DNA of 64,000 nucleotides from Alloascoidea hylecoeti (taxonomy: Eukaryota), in the NCBI GenBank assembly GCA_001600815.1, contig BCKZ01000005.1, positions 257,532 to 321,531 on the forward strand, read 5' to 3'. Below are positions 48,566 to 60,640 of the stretch, piece by piece (positions within the stretch are counted from its first letter, which is position 1; every line of letters starts with the position of its first letter). The translations under genes were made by a program, and so were the position numbers. The notes beneath the pieces were generated by a model. It saw nothing but the letters and a program-made list of their open reading frames with translations, did not search any database and was not told the DNA's origin.

Positions 48566-48606
48566 CATTATTATTATTATCATTATTATTATTATTATTA
48601 TTATTA

Positions 48607-48646
<40 letters not shown>

Positions 48647-49923
48647 TTTGTAAATTATTATGATCATTATAATTTTCAATATTATTTGAACCATAATGAT
48701 GATGCCTTGATAATTGACGATGATTATTATAACTTCTATAATTTCTATAATCTTCATTATCATTATTATATGAATGTTGTAATTGTTTTTGATTACGTTT
48801 CTGTTTTTGATATCTTAAATATGACTGTCCAGATAATGTATTAAAATCATTAATTGATTGTCTATAGTTTAAATTTTTATAATGATAAATTAAAGCATCA
48901 TTTTGAAAATAACCATCATTATCATTATTATTTGAATTATTCAAATTATTAACTTTATTATTGTTATTAATATTTTGATTATAATATCTATTTCTATTAT
49001 CTGATAAATCATTATTAATATTTCGATATACTTTTGATTTTGGTAATCTATTACTCATATATCTAATCTTTGATCTTTCTTTTAACAAATTTAATTGGGT
49101 TTGTGATTGTGATTTTGAAGAGTTTGATGGTTTTAATGATTCATTTAAGTTAATTATATCATTTGATATAAAAGATCTATTATTTTGATTGTTTTGATTT
49201 TGATTGTTGTTAAAACTTATTTCACTTGTTTTTGTACCTAATTTATGATATTTTTGAGATTTATTATTTGAATTTATACTTTCTGTCGTTGATAATGGAT
49301 CAATTGAATATCTTGATTCAGATGGTGATAAATCACTATAAAATCTATAACTTGAAGTTTCACTAAGTGTTCCAACACCATTTCCATTATCATTATTTTG
49401 ATTTGAATTATTTGAATTTAAATATTGATTATTTGAATAATTTGAAATTCTTGGATATCTTCCTTGTGGAGTAATTCTCCTAGAATTATCATATTGTCTT
49501 GAATTATTGTTATATGGTTGTAAATTTGAATAAACAAATTTCATTTGTTGTTCACTATTACTATCACTATTATAATGATTATTATTATTATTTGAAATTA
49601 AATTTGAATTTCTATAATAATTTGAATTTGAATCATAAACAAATTCTTCATCACTTTCATTTGATGTAACATCACTTATTGCATTTGCAATTTTTGCTGC
49701 AAATACTTGAGCTTTTGAAGATTTTGAATTTAAAGATTTAATTGATAAATTAGTTGATCTTGATATAATTTTTGGACGATCTCTTTGTTTTATAAAATTT
49801 TTATTTTCATTACTATTCCCATTATTGTTATTGCTATTATTATTATTAAAATATCCATAATCATTATTAAATTGATCATTTATGTTTAAATTTGCTTGTT
49901 GTTGTAAACGTTTATTATTTGAA

Positions 49924-49968
<45 letters not shown>

Positions 49969-51563
49969 GTTAACTTTAATCTTTGTTCTTGTAATTGAGT
50001 AAATTGTAATTGATTTTGTAATTGTAAATGATTTTGAATTTGTAATTGTGATATTGATTGTGATTGATTTTTTAAAAATTGATTTTTATAAAAATTACTT
50101 GTTAAACTATCATCATCATCACTATCATTATAATTATCATTATAATTATCAGAACTTGAAAATAAAATTGATTCATTATTAAATTGTAAATTATTTGAAT
50201 TAAAATTTGATAATGATTTTAAATTTGAATTTGAATTTAAATTTGAATTCAAATTTAAATATGATAAATCATCTTTAATTTTTTCTTTTTCATTTTCTGT
50301 ATCATTATTGTATGGATAATAAAAAGAGCTTGATCTTGAAGAATTGGATCTTTTCATTTTAATACTTGATTCATCATTAATATTAATATTAACATTTGAA
50401 AGTCCTAATCCAATTCCAATACCTCTTGAAGAATTTCTTGAAGAATTTTGATTAGATGGAGAATTTTTTGGAGAATATGATAATGATATTGAACTTTGTG
50501 ATGGATGATGAGGATGTGATGATATTGAGATTGTATTTATATTTAATGATGATACCGATAGTTTTGTAACAGCGGCTACTGTTTCGGTTTCAACTTTCAT
50601 TTTTGTACGAGATTGTTGAGATGGGATTGATAATGTATTTGGAATTTGGATTGGGGTTGGAGTTGGATTTGGAAAGAGATTTTTAGTTATTGGGGTTGAT
50701 GATGTAAATGAATCTTCTTGTTCAATATTCTGGACATTTTGTTCAGATTGAGATTGAGATTGAGGTTGATCATGTAAAATTGTATTATCATGATCATTAG
50801 TTATAGTACTAACAGTAGTAATTGTATTTGTATGAACCAAAGAAGAACCGCTTGAACTAATAGCAGGAGAATGAATGTTCATATTTTGTTGAAGATTTGG
50901 AGTTGAAGGTGGGGATGAAGAAGATTGATGCGATGAAGAAGAAGATAAAATGGATGAAGGAATATCATAATCATCAGATCCAATTTCAGGTGTTGAAGAA
51001 GTTGTTGAAATGACTTTATTGATATACGAAGTTGATTGAGGAGATTTTGATTTTAAACTCATTGGAGTTGTTGATTTTGAGTAAGGATCGGTTTCAGAGC
51101 ATACGGAGGAAACAATATTTTGATTTTGATGTTTCAGTTTTACTATTTCTTTGAGGGAAGTATGAGGAACCAAAGTGTTTATATTAATATTTAATTGGTT
51201 AAGATCCACACTCGAACAGCCTAAAAAGATGGAAAAAAGTTAGAACCCTGATTTTAACCCTGATGATGATAAAAACCCAACCGCTTTTCCAGAAGGAATA
51301 TTAGAGATATTAATTACCCGAAACGGATACGTGAATTTCCTGATTCCTTCTGGTTTGAATGATTCGGTCTTAAAGGTTTCAAATGTAAACAAATGGTACT
51401 TACTATTTTTAATATTTGTGTTTTCCTTGACAAAAGGCCTCATAGTTGAAACCGACGCGAAGGAAATTCCTGAGTTTGAGAGGTCTTTGTCGATTTTGTT
51501 GTCGACTTCAGCAGACCTCCCAGCCAGGAGGCCATCGATATCATCCAGTTTCTCGGACTTCAT
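46965..51563 (-). CDS. VAC7: Vacuolar segregation protein Vac7 (Fab1 activator), Asn-expanded; exons 51563-51404, 51220-46965
   Basis: KVETETV, SKAQVFAAKIANAISD...SDEEFVYDSN, single TM helix, lumenal NVIVSNEMLIYDL...IEVFAKS, VLLGNV..FELPLEF, W...KYPFELIIRG. Intron GTAAGT...TTCTAAC...TAG, phase 1 on both sides. Confidence 0.88.
48505..48646. repeat. Longest (AAT)n coding poly-Asn microsatellite in VAC7
   Basis: ~140 bp of (TTA)n with few interruptions; more tracts near 47822, 48060 and 49928. Confidence 0.9.
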
Positions 51564-51657
51564 TGGAGGTACTAAATTATTGTGGGTATTCCAGGAAAAG
51601 AGAAATGGCAGAATAAAAATTAGAGGCACATGGGCCTGCAGCAAACTCTATTCGTCT

Positions 51658-51699
51658 CCACCCTAGCAGCCACCCTAGCAGCCACCCTAGCAGCCACCC
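51658..51699. repeat. 12-bp tandem repeat (CCACCCTAGCAG) x3.5
   Basis: Perfect copies start at 51658, 51670, 51682, with a partial copy at 51694. Confidence 0.95.
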
Positions 51700-52859
51700 A
51701 CAGGACTCCTCTCAGTACCTAATCTGGCCGCATATGTAATATGTTGTGGGCCTGACTCGTAACTCCTCTTCTCTAAACAGCTGACTCTTCTCCCAAAACG
51801 TATTCCAATCCATATTATAATACCATGCAATCAGCCTGAGATTGGCGAATACGACTATTCATCTCCTTTAAGATTAAGATTACGGATCATTTCTCTTCTA
51901 TGATGAACAAAAGTTTAACTATACCGGGACTCACTAACTATTGGCCTCCAACTATGGATGCCTATGGCATCTATGACATCTGCCTATGATATTGTGAAAT
52001 CCTGTGTATTTGATTGAATAGCATTTATAGGAATCTATGGATTAATCGCAACAATTTGAAAAGAGAGTTCAGGCTCGCTGGAACCTAAACTTTATATACT
52101 CCAATATCGGGGTGTTCGTACACCGTCACTAGGGGGATGTGGGTCTGTTTACACAAAGAACCAGTCGGCTAGGTAGGATCGGAGTTTGCAGTTGGGATTG
52201 GCGCTTGTAACTCCATACAATAACGTTAACATTAACACTGTGATTGACTATATATAACTTTACGAGCTATCACCTGAAACATTTTATCACTAAATATATC
52301 ATCAGTTAAACCCTAACTGTATGTTATGGGGATCGATCCTCTTGGAGATCTCAGACAACAATATAAGTTTACTTTTTATAGCGTTAAAATTCTACTTCCT
52401 GCCACATGAATAGGGTTGTTATGCTGTATGCTAGCATTAATAGTAGGGTGGGAAACTCAATTCTTTGTCTATCATACTTAAGTTTCCAACGATAATGTTG
52501 GAACGGGGATCATGATAACTAAACGGCGCAGTAGTTTACTAGTAAACGCTCTTTTGGTATGCCAGATAAAGAAACTTTTTTCTTTTGTTTGTTTAGTCCC
52601 TCTTTCTTTATTGGAATTGGTGGGCATGACTCTTATGCATCATGGTCAGCTCCACGCCAATTGAATATCTCTTATACTCATAGCTGGTATGTTAACCAAT
52701 ACAATTAATATTGAAATAAATATAAAGAGGCCCACAATTTATATTGGGCTTAAAGGGGTACATCTTTGCAATTGGGTGTTTAGTGCGGTACGTCGACTGC
52801 AACTAAGGATATAACGGACATTATATATTTAGCCCACAACGTTTTTTATGCAAACAGAT

Positions 52860-52900
52860 CACGAAAAGTGGGCACGAAAAGTGGGCACGAAAAGTGGGCA
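52860..52900. repeat. 13-bp tandem repeat (CACGAAAAGTGGG) x3, each containing an SCB consensus
   Basis: Three perfect copies; CACGAAAA is the yeast SBF-binding consensus. Confidence 0.9.
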
Positions 52901-53226
52901 TTAATTATAATATTATGTAATTAATTGTGGCATGCAAATGAGACAAAGATAGTAGAGATACCCGATATGATATATCCTTACATCAATATTATATAAGTTG
53001 TGATTAATGAGTGAAATCTCGTCATTGGCGTTGACGCTCAATCTTTGCAATGAGTTCGAGTAGTAGTTTTTTTTTATTTAAAATACATTTACAGCGATCG
53101 CGAATTATCGATATCTCAGACTATAGTTTTTTCCTTCACTCACTTGATGACATTTTAAAAAATTGCAATTGTATATTATTTCTAAATCAAATTAATATAC
53201 AAAATAATAAGTAATTATAACTAATA

Positions 53227-54360
53227 TTAATTATCATGTTTATCTTCATTCGTTGATTCAGAAAATTCTTCAGTTGGTGGTTCAGCCAAAGGAGTTAACC
53301 TAAATAAATGTCTCTTTTCATCCAAATAATTATAATTTAAAACAACACTATGTAAAACTCTTCTATTATCCCAAACAACAACACTACCAGGTTGCCATTT
53401 AATTCTAACTTGTAAATCTAATGAATTTTCTAAAATTCCGTATAAGAAATTTAAAACATTTGTTGATTCTTCATCTTTAAAACCAACGATTTCTCTAGAA
53501 AATCCTCTATTAATATAAATTGATTTTTTCTTTGTAACTGGATGAGTTCTAATTAATGGATGAATTGAATCTGAAATTTCATTTCTTAATGGTAAATTTT
53601 TTTTTTTAAATTTTTCAAAAAATTCACCTGAATGACGAACTTTTAAACCTTCCAATGTTTTTTTATAATTATCAGATAATCTATCATAAGCACCTTGAGA
53701 ATCAGAAAATGCAGTATCACCACCATCAGTTGGACCTTGTAAATGAATTAAAAAAGTTGTACCAGCAGGTTGTGGTTCAAAACTAATATCTGAATGCCAA
53801 CCATTTGTACTTAATTTTGNATTATTAACTAATGATTTTNTAAAACCNTTTANANCATNAANAACNNTTATNTCAGGATGATNTTTTGGTNATCCANCTG
53901 CTGGATGAATATGACCAGGACCAAAATAATTTCCAAATTTAATTGCTTCATCAATTGATAAATCTTTAAAATCTTGATTTCTAAAAACTGCAACTCCACG
54001 TTGCGCAATAAATAATGCTAATTCATTTTTACCATCATCTGATAATTTTGACAATTGAATACCTGTAATTTCACTACCAAAATTATGACTTAATTTTTCA
54101 TGTTTAAAATCTGCAGTTTCAGGAAATAAATTTGGAAATGATGGATTTGCTTTTAATCCTTTATCAATATGATTAAAACGTGGATTTTCTAAAGTTTCAC
54201 CTATTTTCCATTCTGGTAAATATTGAGGATATTTATAACCTAATTCTTCTTGTTTTGTTAAACCAATTGTTACATTATCATCTTTTAAAATTAAACCTTC
54301 TGGAAATGGACCTTTATTAATTGATACATTTAAATCTGCATTTGAATTTGAAGATGGCAT
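53227..54360 (-). CDS. JLP1: Alpha-ketoglutarate-dependent sulfonate/taurine dioxygenase (TauD/Jlp1 family)
   Basis: GSEITGIQLS, QRGVAVFRNQ, WHSDISFE (HxD), GGDTAF, HPLIRTHPVT, WDNRRVLH. First ATG at 54360. N bases at 53820-53897. Confidence 0.88.
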   Translation of the reverse strand: MPSSNSNADLNVSINKGPFPEGLILKDDNVTIGLTKQEELGYKYPQYLPEWKIGETLENPRFNHIDKGLKANPSFPNLFPETADFKHEKLSHNFGSEITGIQLSKLSDDGKNELALFIAQRGVAVFRNQDFKDLSIDEAIKFGNYFGPGHIHPAXGXPKXHPXIXVXXXXXGFXKSLVNNXKLSTNGWHSDISFEPQPAGTTFLIHLQGPTDGGDTAFSDSQGAYDRLSDNYKKTLEGLKVRHSGEFFEKFKKKNLPLRNEISDSIHPLIRTHPVTKKKSIYINRGFSREIVGFKDEESTNVLNFLYGILENSLDLQVRIKWQPGSVVVWDNRRVLHSVVLNYNYLDEKRHLFRLTPLAEPPTEEFSESTNEDKHDN

Positions 54361-55569
54361 TTTTTTTTTAAATTTTTTTAAATATCTCAAGTATTGTTTA
54401 ATTATATATCAAATATTTATTCAAGATCAATGTTAATAAGAAATTTGATATGCCTTAAATATCCCAGAATTCTTCATCTTTTATAGTTTTAGAAGTATCG
54501 ATGAATTATATATATCAATGACATTATTGATGAAAATGATGCAATAATTGGTGATAATGAAAATCATAAGTTATCACCAAAATATACAATGTTTAAGGAA
54601 AATAAACGACAATATATATCTTATAAATTAGTAATATCAGGTCTCTATACAAATAGGTATCACTAATTGGTGTTATATTCATATATCAACAGTTGACAGT
54701 GCCAGTTGTATAAATTGGTCTATTTGTATGAGATTTGTATGCCATTATCGCACCTATTATATACCATTTTTTGTGCTTATAACGATACACAATTATTATG
54801 GTAATATTGGATCATTTATTGTGTATTTGATTAGTAATAATTACGTACCGGTATCAGTTACATGTGGAGTAAGGGGGAAAATGTAAATGACTGTTTCCAG
54901 AAAGACATTTAGCCTAATTGAGCTTTGAATCAGTAATTTGTTCAAGCATAGAAGTCTATTACATACTACATAGTACGAGTCTTGGGATAATCAGTATCTC
55001 GTCAGATTGTAATCGTTATCGATACCTTTTAATAAAGTTTCAAAACTTTCGTTTGAAAAAAGAAAGATAAATGAATGATTCTTATAAGGAATTATATTAT
55101 TCGCTATAAAATAAATCTAATTAAATATAAAGAATGTATTAATGTTAAAGCGCTTAAGGTTTTGAGATAAGAGGATTTGAAAGCACTAAAATTTCCAATT
55201 CTATAATTAGTAAAATGTGATATAAATTGTTTTAAAGATATGATATAAATAAAATAAGTTGAAAATGAAAGTTTTAAATAAGGCAAATAAATATTAAAGA
55301 TCATGCTGTAAATTTTAATCAGTTATCAAAAAGGTCATACGACAAGACTTCTCAAGAGTATATTAACAACATTAAGCTTAAGGTAAGTAAGTTCATAAAT
55401 TTAAAGTTAACGTTGATTATTAAAATTGTGATTTAAAATTTGAATCAAAAATTATATAAAATTAAAGATATGAGATAATTAGAATCAAAGGCTTTTGTTT
55501 CTAAATTTTCTTTAGTGTGTGTATAATGTTTTATTTTCTACTAGTTCTTTGATCCGTGTACTGATGCAG

Positions 55570-56403
55570 AGTTACGTTATAGGCTAGCGCGCCATGTTAT
55601 TTGGCTATTTCTAGAACCAATGTGATATATATATTTTCATAATTAAATAGTTAAGAAAATTTATATATAAAGACATTTATAAAGAGCATTATTTGTAATA
55701 CTTGATTGATATTCAACCTTCTTAGTTTATTCTTGCTATATAATTAAGTGGTACATCCATTGCAATACAACTATAACCCTATGCATTTGAAGGAAACATT
55801 CATAAAAATTCGTAATTCGTATGATATAGTATTTCTGCCTCATAAGAATCTAGACATGAACCGCTCGCCTGTCAAGAGTTAATGTCAAGAGGTTTATCCA
55901 ACAAGCAAGCGGTTCATGGGTTTAAAAAATATTTTCATTCACCCTAAGCTTGACAGGTAAAATTGACTATTTGTTAATAATTGGTAAGGCAGCCATACTT
56001 CGAATTTTCAACAATAAGCCACCGAATGATTATGTTTTTTCTCTATGTTGCATTAGGTTTAGTTAACCGTGTGACGTGTTTCATGACCATTTGAATCTGT
56101 TGAATTAATTTCTCTCTTTTTTTTCTTCTTCTAATATTTATAGATTCTTGTGAGACAGAAATACTATCATAAGAATTACTAATTTCATGTTTCAAAGGGT
56201 TGTAGTTGTATTGCAATAGATGTACCACTTAAGCTTATAATATAACAAGAATTAACTGAAAAGGTTAACGTTTAATATCAATTAAGTTTTGCAAATAATG
56301 CTCTTTATAAATGTCTTTATACAAATTTTCCTAACTATTTAATTGTGAAAATACATCACATTGGTTCTAGAAATAGCAAAAGAACATAGCTAATAATGTA
56401 ACT
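55570..56403. repeat. Long imperfect inverted repeat: arms 55570-55852 and 56141-56403, ~290-bp spacer
   Basis: GCTATTTCTAGAACCAATGTGAT pairs with ATCACATTGGTTCTAGAAATAGC; ATAAAGACATTTATAAAGAGCATTATTTG pairs with CAAATAATGCTCTTTATAAATGTCTTTAT; blocks are collinear along both arms. Confidence 0.92.
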
Positions 56404-57588
56404 ACTAGATATATAAAGGGTGATCAATAGAGGTCTTGCTATGGTAGCTTTCTACAACTAAATCTCCAATTTTTCAGCTATATATATAAAAGCGTTTGGT
56501 TTAATGGTGTTTTATTTCAAAAACGATTTATCGGTAACATTTATGAAGTTCAATTACAAGCTTAAGTGAACTTGTGTGTAGAAGGTGTAGGCCCATAGAG
56601 GTAGCTTCATATGCCTATTTAAATGGTAAAATGTACACCTTTTATATTGATTCTTAGCGCTGGCTTTCCAAATGTATTAAAGAGTGGTTTGAAAGTTAAT
56701 TGGCGAAGCAACTGTGCTTTGTTAGAATTAGTTATACCGGAATAGGTTAATCCTGTACCTAGAAAACTCCAAATAATTTTTTTAAATTATCTATGAAACC
56801 GTTCGCTATGTATTGAACATAACGCTACTAGTACGTATAAGCTTATACAAAATATTTGGGGATCTGCCGCTTCGCATTGGCCGAATTTACTCAAATCCGG
56901 GTTATCTTGGCTCCTTCATGGGTCCACTGATTGTAGTTCGAATTCGAAAGGACAGAGGAAAGACTTTTCCCTGTTAAAAGTAAGTTAAATAAATAATTTT
57001 TATAAAGGAACTATTCCCAATAAAGTAACTACTGTAAGTTTAGAGAATAAAAAGGTAACAAAAAATTATTTTTTCGAACCAAATTGTCGTTTTTCTTTTA
57101 TATTAGGTTTTAATGATTCAACTGTATGATTTAATTTGATTATCAATTAGTCGTCAAATATAATTACCTAATGTTAATAATCACATATATTTTCTTTCAT
57201 AGTGTTTACACTTAAAGTTCGGCTATTTGATGCACTCATATTTGGCCATTATGGCAAATAAATATCGGTTACGTAATAGACAAATATTTGATTGATCACC
57301 TGAGCATTAATGTTTGGTTATGCGGACTAAAATTTGGCCGGCGCCTATACCCGATTTTCAGCTATAAGGTCAGATATAATTGGATATTCCAGAACTTTGG
57401 TAATAGTTTCCTATACGAGGATGGAAACGGAAAATTCATGTAGTTGTTTTCTAAGGTAATTACAATATAAATAAAACAAAAGTCCAAAAAGAGAATGTTT
57501 TTTAAAGAAAGAAAACAAGAATGAGAAAGCCAAAATAATATAATACAATAAATATAAAGCAACATTAACCCAATCAAGCGAATTATTT

Positions 57589-60303
57589 TTAATCATCACG
57601 ATCACTATCATTACCCTTCTCTTTATCGTTAATACAAGTAGCAATTGTTTTATCACCCCTTTCACTATTACTATTCTGAATGGTGGTAGTAGTATCAGTA
57701 GTAGTGATTGCTGAAATCTGGGAATTTTCAACATCATTAACAAGTGCTTTTTCAATTCCATCAATTAAATCTTCAATATTATTTGATTTTATACCAGATA
57801 TTGAAATTAATTTTTTATAATTATTAATTTTTTCACCAATACCACCAGAAATTGAATATAAATTAATAATTTCTTGAATATGTTTGAATCTTTCTAATTG
57901 TAATTTTGATAATTCAATAGCAAGTTTTAATTTTTCTAAATATTTTTCTTCCTTTTTATTTGAATTTAAATTTGGGTTTGAATCTTCTTCTTCTTCTTTA
58001 TCTTCTTCTAAACTTGTAATTTTTTTCTCTTCTTCTTCAACTAATTTTGCTATACTAAGAGCTTGATTTCTTTCAATTTTATTAGTAATATCTTTAATTA
58101 ATTCATCTTTTTTAATAGTTGCTTTACTAATTTTTTCAGTTAATAATTTTATACTACCATGTTGTAATTCATTTTGTGTTACCTCACTTTTAACTTGTGA
58201 AATTTCTTTATTTAAATGATTTAATAAATCCTGAACTTGTAAAACATCAGCTTCTTTTTGTTTTAATGAATCGTCATATAAATTCGCTAGTGTTTCTAAA
58301 TTATCAAATATTAATGGTGCAATACGTTGAGTTGCTTGAATAGCAGCTTCTGAAAAATGTGGTTTTGGAAAGTATTGTGGTAAATCAGGTTGATATTGAT
58401 TAGAATTTGGTGTTGTTGTAATATTATTATTCATATTGCCATTTCTGTTGACAAAAGAAGAATCTACAGTTATTGCTGCTGGTGTATCAACATATTTACG
58501 ACGAGGTTTCGTCCTTTTCTCTGGTTTAAGGTTAAATGTTAATGTTCCAGGTATTAATTGATCTTTACTTTCTCTCATTGTATCCCGTGGATATAATTGT
58601 AAACTTTGTGCTGAAGGAGGAAGCATACTGGTATTAGTTTGTGATTTTCGATTAATACTATTACTAGTACAATTCCCATCATTGTATAAATAATCTTCAA
58701 CCGTTTCTTTATTTTTATTGTAAATATCAGTTTTTGCTCCATAATTTATTAAAACTTTTGAACATTTCTTAGCACCATTTCTACTCATTATATGAAGGGC
58801 AGTATCACCATTAATATCTTGTTCATTTAATAATCCATTAATTATTGGGCCAGAACAAAATTCAGTTAACTTACCCAATATAATTTCTAAATAATATCTT
58901 GCAGCTGGTAATCTCGATTTCATATCAGTGGTTAAAGCAATTTGATGAATTATTGTCCATTTATGTGATATTTCAATATCTAATATTGAATCTCTCAGAA
59001 TATCAACAACTTTTGGAAATGTTCTTTTATCAAAACAATTTGTAAAAATTATACTTCTCATTAATGGAGTTTGACCAACTTTATTTAAAACATGAATATT
59101 TGCACCTGAATTTAATAAAATTTCAATAATTTTTAATTTACCCATTGAACAAGCCCAATGAAATGGAGTATGACCTTCTTCATCAATTGGCTTATTTGTA
59201 TCAAAAGATGATGGAGGCCGCGTTAGAAATTCTGGAATGGCATCACTATCTGCTGACATGAAATAATCCAATAATTTATTACTATATTCAATTCCAGGGT
59301 CGTAACTATGTTGATCTTGTGAACCATTTAATATACTTGTTGTTGATGTGTTGTAGAAACTAGATTCTTGTTGTTGATATCCACTTCGTGAGTAACTTAA
59401 ACTATGAGAGTGGGAGGGAAATTGAGGAGATTGATTAACTACGTTTCCAATTCTTTGTCGGATAGTACTACCGCTTGTACTTCCATTATGCTTATCAATT
59501 GACGGGGTGTCTAAATCACTATCGGATAAAAAGTCACTTGGCGATGAAGAGCGTACTGATAATGCATCCGAGTTATCAGCATCTGTTGCTACATCCTGCT
59601 GAAAACTCTCATGAGATTTTCTTGTCGGTTTGCCTTCAAAACTATCATCATGTTGTGATTTGAAGTGATGATCATTACCATCATCGTTATAATTTTCATC
59701 CTCTTCATATTCATCATTTGAATGGGTTATACGCCCTTTTAATTTTCTTTTCTTCGTTTGGGGCTTTTTAACTGTATTACTTGATCGCGGTCGTCCTCTT
59801 CCCCTTTTGGCAATTGGAGTTGGAACATCGGTTAGAACATCTGGTGTACCTGTAGTTTTGGATCGTTTAGCAGAATAGTCGAGATTATTACCACTAGCAA
59901 TAGAATTGGCTCGGCTTAGATTTAAGCTCTTTGCTTTTAGAGCGGCTGCAGCTTTCCTTTTTGCACTTTTTGTTGATTCTGTGTATTTGCTATGATCAAT
60001 TTCACCTAAAATTGGTAATAAATCATCATAAACATCAAAATCTTTCGCCAATTCCAATGCTTTCTCTAATGGAACCCAAGTTCCTTGATATTTACCATAA
60101 CCACCTTGAATTTTTTCATGAACACCAGTTTGAACTTGTTTTTCTAAAATTCTTGTTCTTTGGGCTTTTGGAAAATTTGCAACTTTTAAAATATGTGTTG
60201 CGTTAACCCAATCATCATTTTTCCGACGCATTACTCCTACACCTTTTCCCATAAATTCATAAACTTGAATTCCTGAATATGTTGATAATGTTAAATCGAC
60301 CAT
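57589..60303 (-). CDS. MBP1: G1/S transcription factor, MBF/SBF DNA-binding subunit (APSES/KilA-N, AT-hook, ankyrin repeats)
   Basis: TYSGIQVYEF, VMRRKNDDWVNATHILKVANF, HEKIQGGYGKYQGTWVPL, KRGRGRPR, DEEGHTPFHWACSMG, GQTPLMRS, QDINGDTALHI. An alternative in-frame ATG lies at 60333. Mbp1 versus Swi4 not fully resolved. Confidence 0.87.
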   Translation of the reverse strand: MVDLTLSTYSGIQVYEFMGKGVGVMRRKNDDWVNATHILKVANFPKAQRTRILEKQVQTGVHEKIQGGYGKYQGTWVPLEKALELAKDFDVYDDLLPILGEIDHSKYTESTKSAKRKAAAALKAKSLNLSRANSIASGNNLDYSAKRSKTTGTPDVLTDVPTPIAKRGRGRPRSSNTVKKPQTKKRKLKGRITHSNDEYEEDENYNDDGNDHHFKSQHDDSFEGKPTRKSHESFQQDVATDADNSDALSVRSSSPSDFLSDSDLDTPSIDKHNGSTSGSTIRQRIGNVVNQSPQFPSHSHSLSYSRSGYQQQESSFYNTSTTSILNGSQDQHSYDPGIEYSNKLLDYFMSADSDAIPEFLTRPPSSFDTNKPIDEEGHTPFHWACSMGKLKIIEILLNSGANIHVLNKVGQTPLMRSIIFTNCFDKRTFPKVVDILRDSILDIEISHKWTIIHQIALTTDMKSRLPAARYYLEIILGKLTEFCSGPIINGLLNEQDINGDTALHIMSRNGAKKCSKVLINYGAKTDIYNKNKETVEDYLYNDGNCTSNSINRKSQTNTSMLPPSAQSLQLYPRDTMRESKDQLIPGTLTFNLKPEKRTKPRRKYVDTPAAITVDSSFVNRNGNMNNNITTTPNSNQYQPDLPQYFPKPHFSEAAIQATQRIAPLIFDNLETLANLYDDSLKQKEADVLQVQDLLNHLNKEISQVKSEVTQNELQHGSIKLLTEKISKATIKKDELIKDITNKIERNQALSIAKLVEEEEKKITSLEEDKEEEEDSNPNLNSNKKEEKYLEKLKLAIELSKLQLERFKHIQEIINLYSISGGIGEKINNYKKLISISGIKSNNIEDLIDGIEKALVNDVENSQISAITTTDTTTTIQNSNSERGDKTIATCINDKEKGNDSDRDD

Positions 60304-60395
60304 TTTTGTAATTTTAAAGAGGGTATATATCATATAACAGTATTAAACATTCAAAAAATGTATATTAATAATACTTTTTGAAGATTGAAAAGTAA

Positions 60396-60640
60396 CTAAT
60401 AATGAATAAGTATGGTTAGATTTAGAATCCAAGTGTTCTTGTCGACAACGCTACGTTCCAGGAATTCGAAGGGCTTTCAATATAACATATCCAACAACCA
60501 TAGAGTAACTTATATCTCACGTACAGTTATAGAAAACTGAAATGACTTCACCACTTTATATAGGTTTAGACTCCGAATGTTGTTTCTTTAATGGTTATCC
60601 TTCCAAACTCCCAAACATAACCTCTCAGGTGGACACATAC
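60396..60640 (-). other. Predicted 5'-UTR intron of MBP1
   Basis: Minus strand: AG|GTATGT at 60640, branch TCTAAC at ~60420-60415, acceptor TAG ending at 60396. Confidence 0.65.

Noticed and set aside
48389..48844. Poly-Tyr and poly-Ile ORFs (48389-48844 +, 48488-48763 -)
   Set aside because: Alternative-frame readings of the VAC7 (AAT)n tract.
51658..52900. Short repeat arrays as CRISPR
   Set aside because: Eukaryotic context, head-to-tail units with no spacers, no cas genes.
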